Below are positions 52,585 through 64,000 of a stretch of DNA of 64,000 nucleotides, piece after piece. The translations under genes were made by a program, and so were the position numbers. Numbering within the stretch: position 1 is the stretch's first letter; each line of letters opens with the position of its first letter. The stretch lies in contig JARDVH010000001.1 in NCBI GenBank assembly GCA_030324005.1, positions 89,833,210 through 89,897,209 on the forward strand, given 5' to 3'. Origin of the DNA: Negaprion brevirostris. Lineage: Eukaryota. A model generated the notes under the pieces. That model had not been told where the DNA came from. It saw nothing but the letters and a program-made list of their open reading frames with translations, and did not search any database.

Positions 52585-52667
52585 CCCAGTGTGGGTCAGT
52601 GTGTGTGGGACCCGTACCCCAGTGTGGGTCAGTGTGTGTGGGACCCGTACCCCAGTGTGGGTCAGTG
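52585..52667 (+). repeat. 33-bp minisatellite running into an assembly gap
   Basis: cccagtgtgggtcagtgtgtgtgggacccgtac repeated about 2.5 times, identical units, no spacers. Confidence 0.9.
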
Positions 52668-53703
52668 NNNNNNNNNNNNNNNNNNNNNNNNNNNNNNNNN
52701 NNNNNNNNNNNNNNNNNNNNNNNNNNNNNNNNNNNNNNNNNNNNNNNNNNNNNNNNNNNNNNNNNNNTAATATTGACTCGGATACATTTTAGACTTTGGG
52801 GCCATATTTGCACTTAACTGGAATGACAACGATGAGCAGTAGGTCATGTAGAGTAACCCTTAGAGCTAGATGTTACACCTGATCATGAGAAAATCTTGGC
52901 TATAGGGATCGCGCGCTCTCTCGTGCGCTCCTTTTTTCTGAAGCAATGAGTCATTATAATTTTACTCATCAGACTTTGCTATTGCTGTTTGTCACAGGGT
53001 CTTGCCACTTTTCAATTTAAAATAGAAATATTTTGCATCCCTACCTGTGCCCCCACTGGATGCCATTAGAAAGAAACACCTGCCAAGTGATGATTCCTCC
53101 CAGCAGAGTTTGTAATGACAATCTATTATCATCTTAAAGATAACTTCATGGGCATCTTCCATTTTTCAATCCGTGTAGCAGGCATGCTGGGCTCCGTAGA
53201 AGCTGTTTTAGCCCCTTGAACCTGTTCTGCCTTTTTATTAAATCATAGCTTATTGTGACCGAGCTTCATTTTTCAGCAATTTAGAATACTACTTGCCCTG
53301 TTTAATAATCTATGTTGACCATTTGAACCAAAATCTATTCAAAGCTAAATCTTGTTTGATGTGTCATTTCTTTTTAGCCTTTTGTTCCCCAGACACTGTT
53401 CTCAAACATAGAAAAAATATAGCTGGGGTTGAGGTGAATATTGGAGATGATTAATTTGAGAAAAGAGTAAAGAAGCCAAAACCATCTGAAAATGATGATG
53501 GACACAGAGTTCTATGCCAACACATATCTATTTCACTTTTACTGCTGAAATTGATGGACCAGAAAATTGATTTTTTTTTTAAAAATGATCCTCATTGTCC
53601 TTTTGTTATGGATTATTGTTATGTTGCACTTTAAAGAACCAATTCTTTCTCAGCATTTGACTTAATTGAGGAGAAAATATTTTCTTGTCCTGTGAACTTC
53701 TGA

Positions 53704-53979
<276 letters not shown>

Positions 53980-54227
53980 TGATATTTGTCTGGAACTAGA
54001 AAATTGTGATATTTATCTAGAACCACCCAATAGACGGTTAGTTGATTTTGTTTCACCATCTGAAGGAGTTTCCAAACTTTTAATCCTTTGACCTAGAAAC
54101 ATGAGTCTAGATTGGTTGGTCTACCCTACAGCCTTAGAACATCACTGAAATTGTACCGACTGTCGTTCCCTTCAGTGTAATTTTGGTCGTGAGTTTGCAG
54201 CTTTGTCGATTCCCATTTCAGGTTATT

Positions 54228-54580
54228 ATAGAATCCCTACAGTGCAGAACAAGGTTATTCCACCCATCAAGTCTGCACTGACTGAGTACCTAGTATCCTA
54301 CCCAGGCCCCCTCCTCTGCTCTATCCCCCAACTCCACAAATTTACCATGGTTAATTATTCTAATCCTACGCATTTTAGGAACCAAGGGGCAATTTAACAT
54401 GGCCAGTCTACCTAACATGCGCATCTTTGGACTGTGGGAGGAAACCAGAGGAGGAAGCCCGCGTAGACACGGGAAGAATGTGCAAACTCCATAGACAGTG
54501 ACCCAAGGCCAAAAAAGAACTTGGGTCCCTGGTGCTGTGAGGCAGCAATACTAACCATTGTGCTGCTGTGTTGCCCCCTG
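54228..54580 (-). mobile_element. HE1-like SINE
   Basis: atagaatccctacagtgcag...tttggactgtgggaggaaaccagag...ggtccctggtgctgtgaggcagcaatactaaccattgtgctgc. Confidence 0.85.
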
Positions 54581-55124
54581 TCTTCCACAATGCTGGAAAA
54601 TGCATGTGTGTGAATGCCGAATAAGGATGGCATCAGTTGCATTTGTGTTTTGTACATTCCCACCCTGTTCTGGATATTTGCTGTTTACCAAACGGGTGAA
54701 GTACAAAGAAAAGTTTGTGGATTCATCGTTATTCTTTGAATTGAAGAAACCTCTGTATTTTCCACTCATCTAGCTTCTGAACCCCTTTCATTGCCCCTTT
54801 TTGGGTTTGATAGTTTCCTTTGAGAAAAGCGTTGCTGTTGGCTGTGTTTGGGCTGTTTGTGTGTGATATCAGCAAAGGAAGCATCAGGCAAGGTTACCAC
54901 ATCATGAAGAGGTTGTTGAGGGAAATCGACTGTACAGGGCAATCTTGATTCTCTCTTGCAAAGGCAGCCTCTCACAGATAAGTAATTTTCATGAATAATC
55001 CAGTATTAGTTGCTATTTCCTAAGCATGACATGAAATGCAATACCAGTATTTTTAGTTAATTGGTCTACATAATATGGTTTGGTAATCATCTTGGTGTAC
55101 TGTAACTAAATTTGAGGAAGTTTT

Positions 55125-55780
55125 GACCAGACTATTCACAACCTTGGTGTCATAACTGATCCAGATTTAGCTTTTGACCACATAATCGTGCCATCACCAA
55201 AACCCCCTATTCCCAACATTATAGTTTTGCCTGACTATGTCCCTGCCTCTGTTCATCCACTGCTCAAACCCTTATCTATGTTACTTCCAGACTTGTCTAT
55301 TCCANNNNNNNNNNNNNNNNNNNNNNNNNNNNNNNNNNNNNNNNNNNNNNNNNNNNNNNNNNNNNNNNNNNNNNNNNNNNNNNNNNNNNNNNNNNNNNNN
55401 NNNNNNNNNNNNNNNNNNNNNNNNNNNNNNNNNNNNNNNNNNNNNNNNNNNNNNNNNNNNNNNNCAAGTCCCTCCCTGTCTCTGCAATCTTCTCTAGCCT
55501 TCTGAGGTAGCCATGCTCCTCCAATTCTGGCCTCATGAGAATCTGTGGTTTTAATTGCCCCACCATTACCTTTAATTGCATTGGCTTCAAGCTCTTAAAA
55601 CCCCTCTGTCCACTTTTAAGATGGTCTTTAAAACCCATCACTTTAACCAAGTTTTTGGGTCAACTGTGCTAATATCTCTTTGATGTGGTTTGGTGTCAAA
55701 TTGTGTTTTCAACTGCTCCTGTGACGTGCAGTGGGATGTATTATTATGTTAAACATGCTCCAAAAATACGAGTTTTCCAT
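55125..55780 (+). mobile_element. L2-like LINE 3' portion spanning a gap
   Basis: tgttacttccagacttgtctattcc (VTSRL.YS) and the shared L2-type tail. Confidence 0.6.
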
Positions 55781-55851
55781 TTTGTTAATGCAGTGGGAGA
55801 TTATTAACCTTGACATTATTTGAACTTCTATTTACTGTTTTAAATTTTTAG

Positions 55852-56061
<210 letters not shown>

Positions 56062-57089
56062 TGATCTCATTTAAATCTGTCTTGCCCCAGCTTAAGATTG
56101 TTGTTATGTCTACAAAATGTTGATGTTCCTCAGGTTGTTCCAGGGCTTGTGTAATTTACATTCTGCAGTTAGCCTGTTCTAATCTACCATTTGCGATATT
56201 ATAAAAGGATTGCTATATTTGGTCATTTTCTGTTGGAAATCTCTAGGTTATGAAATTGCCATGATAAGACAGGATCTGAGTTTTCTGTGCTTGACGTCTA
56301 AGAGCAGACAGATTTTCCTTCAGTCGTGCCCTGCGATATTTTACATTGACACGAACAGGCATTTGAGACCATGCTTTAATGTTGCGTGTGAAAGTCAGCA
56401 ACTCTTGCAGTGCAAGGTTCACTTAGTGCAGCAGTGAAGTATCAGCCCAGTTAATGTGTTGCATCTTTTGAAGTGGGCCAAACTGACTGTTTTAACCTGA
56501 ATTGAGAGTACCACCATTGAGCCCTGTGGACACTTCAGGTTAATAACACCAGCAGAATACTGAGAAAAGAAGGTTGAATAAAACTGCAGCATTTACTGGA
56601 AATTGGCAGTTGGTTTATTTTTCAGTTTGCTAAAGCTGGAAGTAACTTCTGTGGCCAGTTAAATTTTCAACCCTGAAGTCATAACATGCTCTATATGTAG
56701 AGCAAAAGGTTTCCAAAAATCTAGGCATGTGTTTGTATTTTGTAAAAGTGAGTCTGATGCATGGACAGGAAAGCAGCAATGATTGATGCTATACATTGCT
56801 CTCTTGTTGGCAGAATATATTGCTGTTAAAGTAAAAGCTCCCTTATCAATTTTTTTACATTCTTTTCCCCTGTTCTATTTGATGTGATTATTTGTTCTTA
56901 CGTCTTGAAAATTATTTGGACAGCAGCAGACATTGCTGAAAGGATATTATTCACTTCATGTCAGTTAAATTACATTGTTTGTGTTGGCACGAATGGTTTT
57001 GGGTTCAGATTGGCAAAAGACGATGTAGTCTAATTTAGATGTCAAGTTGCCTAAATTGAATTCAGGAGAAAGATGACACCACATTGTAA

Positions 57090-57524
<435 letters not shown>

Positions 57525-58627
57525 TAATGTTATATTTGAATGGTTATGGAAAATAGTGAAGTTTTGAGAACATTTTGAACTGAAGAATGTACAAGCTCAA
57601 GCAATTAATTCTGATTACAATTTTCCAGGTTTGATGCTTAATTTCAGGTATTTTTTAACCATTTTTAACATTTTATTCTGCCCGTAAATCACTTCTGTTC
57701 AAGCAGATATCTAGTAAAGGAGGAAAGTTTTTAATGAAGGGGAGATGTTGATGAATATCAAGACTGCTCAGCATTGTTAGGTTTACATTCTGTGCACAAG
57801 AAACTAATTTTCACCCCAGTCTTAGAATTTCATTGTAGAGAAATAATTATGCACTCCTACTCCCCAGGATCCAGACAGACAAAATATTTTGAATTTCCTA
57901 ATAGGCTAAAAGATAATGAAGACTTGTGTTAAATCTTAAAGTATTTGTGTAATTTAGCTACTAAAAGTAACATGGTTTGGCAGTTTACATTATTTTACTG
58001 TATCCCTTTGGCAGAGATGGGCGACACTAATGTTTGTTGTAACCCGAATATTGGTCATTAATTTAGGTAACTTGTGGTTTTGTATTTCATTAATAATCCT
58101 GATTCTACCCTGTATAATGCCTATACAAAACCATTAATGGGCTAATTACATTTTTGTAAGTAATGTTTAGCGAGGCGGCAGACTTGAACTGTGTCAGTAC
58201 AGTACTATAGATTAAATCAGATTCAGAGCAGCTGGGCAGGGCAGAGTTTCACCCTTGCTTCCTTTTTGTTCTTCCTGGGTTTTTAAACCTGTTTGCAAGG
58301 GTGAGATTCAAGTCATCTATTGTACGTTTCAAATACTAAACGTTTTACAGTTACATGTATCTTCAGGTTAGGAAAATGCTTGCAGAAGGCATTCAGTTAA
58401 TACATGATAATAGTTCTGTATTGCCCTATGCACCGCCTTTTTCACTAAAATTTGGTAATTGTGTAGCTTCTGAAACACTCTTGTCTTGCAGATGTGAGTA
58501 GGTGTTGATGTTTGGTACCAAGCCAAGGTAGTAGACAGTCCAAGATGCAGTTGGTGACCATGTCCCATCATGCCCTGCCCAATGCTCTCTGAACTGACCT
58601 AGCTAGGCCTTGTTCCTGTGTCTGTGA

Positions 58628-58810
<183 letters not shown>

Positions 58811-60039
58811 TAATTTTCTGAATTCCCATTTATCAAGGGCAGATTTTCAGATGGGCTTGATTTGTGGATATACACAACATTGTACAAGCTCCTGAATATT
58901 GAGCTTCAGCATACTCATCTGAGAATTGTTCACCAAGGATTTGCTATGCAGCTGTTCCTGTGCATGTTTTTATTATTTAAAGAGGTCTTCATACGAACAT
59001 AGCTGCAAGTCAAAGCCAAATGCTGGCCCAAATTTATATTGACATTTTGGTTTTAAATTACTGATCGTACAGGACTGTCGACAGTCAATCCTTATTGTCT
59101 TAATAATATGCTCTACCCTCTAAGACTAGCTTGTAAATGTACTTTGTGGCTTTTTCATGATGTATTTTATGCTGTTAAAGACAGTCACAGTGGACTAAGC
59201 TGCAACAGATTCAGAGGGAACAATCGAAAGTGGTATTGCAACATCCAAGCTTATGTGTTCATTTGCCTGAAAAACATTAATGTGATATTTCCACCATTTA
59301 AGAATTTGCAACAATTTTAGTATCAAAATGTCAAACTCTAGAAAGCACAGTCACTAAATTACAGCATTTGTTTCCATTATTTGGGAGGAGAAATCCTGCA
59401 GAGGGAGGATGTCACTTGTAAACAATTTAATATAAATTCAAAAATCAATAAGTTCTTTATATCTATCTGCTTCAATCTTTAAACTCTGTGCAGGAGGAGA
59501 TGCAAGTAATTCTAGGACATCTTTGTTTCCCAATTATAATTATACTCTTCAGATTTGTTATCAGTTTTCTTTCAGTACATAACCTTTGAATTCTCATTAG
59601 ACAGCCAGAAAGGAACAAGTAGCTGAATAGCTATACTTCCTGCATTCTAATTTGTAAAGGGAATAGTGTCTGAAGCTGTAGCTAGGACATTCATAATGGG
59701 GTGAACGAGGAATGTTTTTCTTAGGCTTATGTGCTGCATAAGGATATGCAGTTAATAGTTAGAAACCACTAGCTGGATTTTGGGCTCTCAACTGGGTGGT
59801 ACTCCTACTTGGTGGCTTATTGGTTGGAACTTTAGATATCATGCATTGGGGTGAGTTCTACACAAGCCTGGATTCACAGTTGCATGCACCTATGAGGAGG
59901 AACACTTGACGGGCATGAGAATTAGAAAATTTTAAATCCATGTTGCCCAATCTTTAGTGCATTCAAATAATTGGATACAAGTCTGTGGATCTGTGATAAA
60001 CTCCGATCAAAATGGCTTATTGACTGAGCAACAGCCTGC

Positions 60040-60480
60040 ACATTTGCACAGCACCTTTTACTGTGCACATCATTCTGACGCTGTACTAACATGTCACATA
60101 AAATTTAGACAGTAAACCAAAGGATGAAACATAATAGTCTTTAAAATGGAGGGGAAAGGAGGTGATATTACTGAGAAAATTCTAGGGTGTGTAATGTCAG
60201 ATAAACAATTCAACAGCACAGAGGCAGCAGGAGGGTGGAGATGAGTTGGAGAGGGGGAGAACCAGGTGTCGTTGGTGTACACGTACAAGTTTTGTCCTCA
60301 ATATGTTATCCTGGCGCAGTTCACAGCTGAGGAAATGGAGGATATCAAGGATATTGATTTGACTGAGGGAGGTGGAAGGGCTCGTTGTGCTTGCAAAAGT
60401 ACTAATTTGGGAACTGAGACATGGCCAATGGTACAATAGCTGTGATTTAATAGGTAGGAGTGGAAGAAAGAGCAAGGCTA
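60040..60480 (-). mobile_element. Decayed L2-like RT fragment
   Basis: Minus ORF YVYTNDTWFSPS resembles the YADDTQLY motif; LNCLSDI follows it. Confidence 0.5.
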
Positions 60481-61675
60481 TTAGTATTGAAATTGTACAA
60501 CAATCTTCTTAATTTGAATTGTGGTTAATTTAAAATTTGTTATTTGATTCAAATATATTTTAAAGAGATGGCTACTTTTCCTCATGCTAACTCTTACAAA
60601 GCTTTAGGATCCCAAAATGATCGGGTTAGAAAGTTCATTTCATTCCACCAAATGGATTCCCCACATCCCCTCCCCATGAAATTCCCAATTATTGCTTCCA
60701 GTCTTAATTTCAACTCGATTCATTGTCATAGAATCCCGACAGTGCAGAAGGAGACCCATTCAGCCTGTACTGACAACAATCCTACCCTATCTCCATTGTG
60801 TAGTTCTCGTTGTCCAGATCGTCACTATGATTCCAAATGGCTTTTGAAGTCCATTCTGAAAACTGAATGCTGCAACTTGGGGCAAACAGAAACTACTCAT
60901 TAGGTCAGTCGACATCTGAAAGAAAGATGGATGAATTTATGCAAAGTATTCCAGAAAGATTCCACCCAGAATATTTCCTTTTTAGAGGTATCCATCACCT
61001 GCTATCCATATCCAGTACTTTTGTTTTTTTATTCTGTAAGCATGTCACTTCGTTTACCTCCTTTAGGTCTAGATTACTGTTATGAATTTTAAATTGATTA
61101 TTCATTGCTGTTTGAATGACTTGGATGGTTTAATTATAAAAACCCAACGTTACACAGTGAAACAGTGCAAGTAACTAAATAGAGTCACATTTCCTTTTTA
61201 GCAAACAAAACATTTGAATGGCAGCTTGGCCCATTGGCAGCACACACACTGAATCCGAAGGTTATTCAAATTCTACTCCAGGGGCTTGTGAAAGTAATCA
61301 AGGTTAATATTTTACAGCAGTAGTGAGTGAATGTTGCATTGTCAGAAATTTCTTCTTTTTGAATGAGATGCTTAATCAAGAATGTTTGGTTGCAGAGGAG
61401 GGAGGGGAATTATTTGTTAAAATCCTACAGAACTAGCAAGAAAAGCTATGTTCTTTGCTGTCCTGATCAGCATTTATTGTTCAGTCTGTTTTGTGGTAAT
61501 GTCCTTGGCTAGTTGAATGCACTCTCTTAAGAGTCGGAATGTCAAGAGAGTAATCCATATTGTGGATATGAGCAGCAAAATCTAGGTTACATTATTGTGA
61601 CTGTGGCACACTGTTGGGCATGCTGAAAACCTGTTGCCCTAGCCACTATTCATCCCTCTGCCAACACCACCAAAA

Positions 61676-61847
61676 TAAGAACTCTCAACTTCAGGTTAAA
61701 GTCTAACAGGTTTATTTGGCAGCACTAGCTTTCGGAGTCTCAAGCTCTGAAAGCTAGTGCTGCCAAATTAACCTGTTGGACTTAACCTGATGTTGTGAGA
61801 CTTCTTGCTGTGCTTACCCAGTCCAATGCCAGCATCTCCACCTCATG
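61676..61847. mobile_element. Penelope-like inverted pLTR insertion with a 13-bp target-site duplication
   Basis: Inverted arms about 61683-61737 and 61745-61800, flanked by aacaccaccaaaa at 61663-61675 and 61848-61860. Confidence 0.7.
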
Positions 61848-62013
61848 AACACCACCAAAAACAGATTACCTAGTAAGTTATTTCCAATGTGGTTTAACTG
61901 GGGCATTGTAAATGACTTCTACCTCTTTGTACTCTAATCATCTAGAGATAAATGGCAGCACTACAGTGGCTTTTTTCAGTTATTGTTTGGACCTGTCTGT
62001 AACATTTTAATCG

Positions 62014-62490
62014 TAGAATCTTGCAGTGCAGAAGGAGGCCATTCGGGTAGGATTGTTGTCAGTACAGGCTCGATAGCTGAATGGGTCTCCTCCTGCACTG
62101 TTGGAATTCTGTGACTAAATGAATCGAGTTAAAATTAAGATTGGAAGCAATAATGGTAATTTCATGGGGAGGGGATGTGGGGAATCCATTCGGTGAAGTG
62201 AAATGAAATGAACCTTCTAACCTGATCATTTTGGGATCAAGTCTGCACCGACCACAATCCCACCCAAGCCCTATCCCCATAACCTCATACATTTACCATA
62301 GCTAGCTCCCCAACACTAGGGGGCAATTTAGCATGGCCAATTCACCTAACTGTCATATCTTTGGGCTGTGGAAGGAAACCAGAGCATCCGAAGGAAACCC
62401 ACACAGACAGTGACCCAAGCTGGGATTTAAACCTGGGGCCCTGACACTGTGAGTCAGCAGTGCTAACCACTCTGTCAATGTGCCGCCCTA
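62014..62490 (-). mobile_element. HE1-like SINE interrupted by an inverted local duplication (62045-62238)
   Basis: SINE tail at 62014-62044; the body resumes at 62239 (aagtctgcaccgaccacaatcccaccc) and runs to tgctaaccactctgtcaatgtgccgccc. Confidence 0.8.
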
Positions 62491-63180
62491 ATGACCTACG
62501 TATCTGGACGGTCAAGTCTTTTTGGACCATTATTTCTAGTTTTTCATCGTTTAGAAAGTATTGACATTTTTTCTTTGTAGATCTAAATGTGACCTGACTC
62601 TTGCCTACATGAAATCCATTCATTGCCAGTTTGTCCATTCATTTAATCTATTAATATCACATTGTAATTTTATGCTTTCTTCTACCTTTTGTGTCATTTG
62701 CAAACTTGATAATGTGACTCCATATCCTACTATCTAAGTTGGTAAGAAATACAATGAATGGTGGTTGAGGCCCCAACAATCTATAAGTAATATTGCAATT
62801 TAAATTTTTGAGTTGACTTAAAACTTAAATGTTATGATTTACGTTTATTGTAACAAGTGCAAATCAAGAAAAAGTTTCAACTGATTCATAGCACTGATCT
62901 TTTGGACAATTGCCAATTGCCAATATCTTTGTCACAGGAACTAGAAGCAGGAGAGGTCATCCAGTCCTTCAAGGCTGTTCCGCTGCATTCTTTGTAATCA
63001 TGGCTGATGATCAAATTCAGTGTCCTGATCTCTTCCCCAACCCCCCTCCTCGCCCTCATTGTTTGATCTCTTTTGCCTCGTGCTATATCTAATTTCTTCT
63101 TGAAATCGGACAGTATTTTGGTCTCGTCCACTTTGGTAGTGAATTCCACAGAGTCTCCGCTGTCTGGGTGCATTTTATTC
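62490..63180 (-). mobile_element. CR1 fragments (62490-62780 and 62935-63180)
   Basis: tttgtgtcatttgcaaactt is the reverse complement of KFANDTK; gaactagaagcaggagaggtcatccagtcc is a CR1 tail; minus ORF contains FKKKLD. Confidence 0.7.
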
Positions 63181-64000
63181 ATTTCACGTTGGCCATCTAG
63201 CACGAGCTTAGCCTGGATTGATGAGTTCTGAAGACACTATGTGCTGATAATGCACTGTGTTTTGATGTTGTAGATTAATGGTGCTACTGTGGTCTTTGCC
63301 ACTGAGACCTAGGAATTATACCATTCTGCCAATCCATTGTTTACCTTGATGGTTTAATGGTTACATTGGACCTTGAACACAGCAAAAAGTTTAGGACCAG
63401 TTCTTCAGCCTCTAAAGAAGGCATTAGGTAGTCTCAGAATGTTGACCATTTGATCTTTCTAGTCCGTCAATGATTTTTATGCTTTTTAGTTGCCGTATTC
63501 CCCCGTGGTGTTAATGCTGGGCATCAAAACAGGCTGTCATTTCCAAGAGATATGTAAAAACAGGAAGAAAAAGCCCATCCTTTTATTCACAAGGTAGTAT
63601 CATAATCCGATCATTTATTCCCTAAGCAGTGATATAAGGAATAAAGAGCAGATTGAAATAAATGGGATTGTAAATGTAAAAGGAATAAAACAAATTTTAA
63701 ATTTAGCTCTCTGGGTCCTAGGCCTTTGTTATACAATATATCCTTTGGCCCTGTCCCAGATGATACATTACAGGCATCAAAAACAAATCTAGCACTATAT
63801 TCTTTAAATACATTGGAAAAATTCACACTCGTTGCAGATGATCATCATATAAGTGTTGCACCACGTTTCCTGCAACATTCGGAACAAAATAGATGAGCTT
63901 AGAAAGCTGAAGAATCCAACAATACCCAGTCTGTCGGTTGATGGCTTCTGGGTTCAGGAGTTGGGTATTTCATTGCATTTGTGGAGGCATTTTGTTTTTC

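Noticed and set aside
52585-52667. 33-bp repeats as a possible CRISPR array
   Set aside because: Units are directly tandem with no unique spacers, no cas genes are present, and the context is a vertebrate intron.
53481-53560. Possible C/D-box snoRNA (ATGATGA at about 53492, CTGA at about 53545)
   Set aside because: Too short, no properly positioned terminal stem and no recognisable rRNA or snRNA guide sequence.

Overview
Eukaryotic genomic DNA, very likely from a cartilaginous fish (shark), inferred from its repeat content: HE1/V-SINE-like SINEs, CR1/HER1-like LINE tails, Deu-domain SINEs and Penelope-like fragments. The whole window lies inside one + strand gene, DHX15 (PRP43; DEAH-box spliceosome-disassembly RNA helicase). 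Ten coding exons (exons 2-11 by vertebrate numbering) can be spliced into one open frame; exon 1 and exons 12 onward were not found in the window. The rest is intronic, dominated by decayed retroelements (CR1, L2, RTE, Penelope, SINEs) and broken by several N-gaps, so intron sizes are approximate and TE boundaries are estimated by eye. The most interesting signals concern how this splicing-factor gene is itself spliced: two consecutive GC-AG introns (after exons 7 and 8), a cluster of cryptic splice sites in the apparently TE-free intron 10 that all lead to premature stops (candidate poison exon), and a pyrimidine-poor exon 11 acceptor overlapped by two interlocking 7-bp RNA stems. Also present are several long inverted repeats and a Penelope-type hammerhead ribozyme core on the sense strand. 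No prokaryotic system, CRISPR array or true tRNA/rRNA gene was seen.
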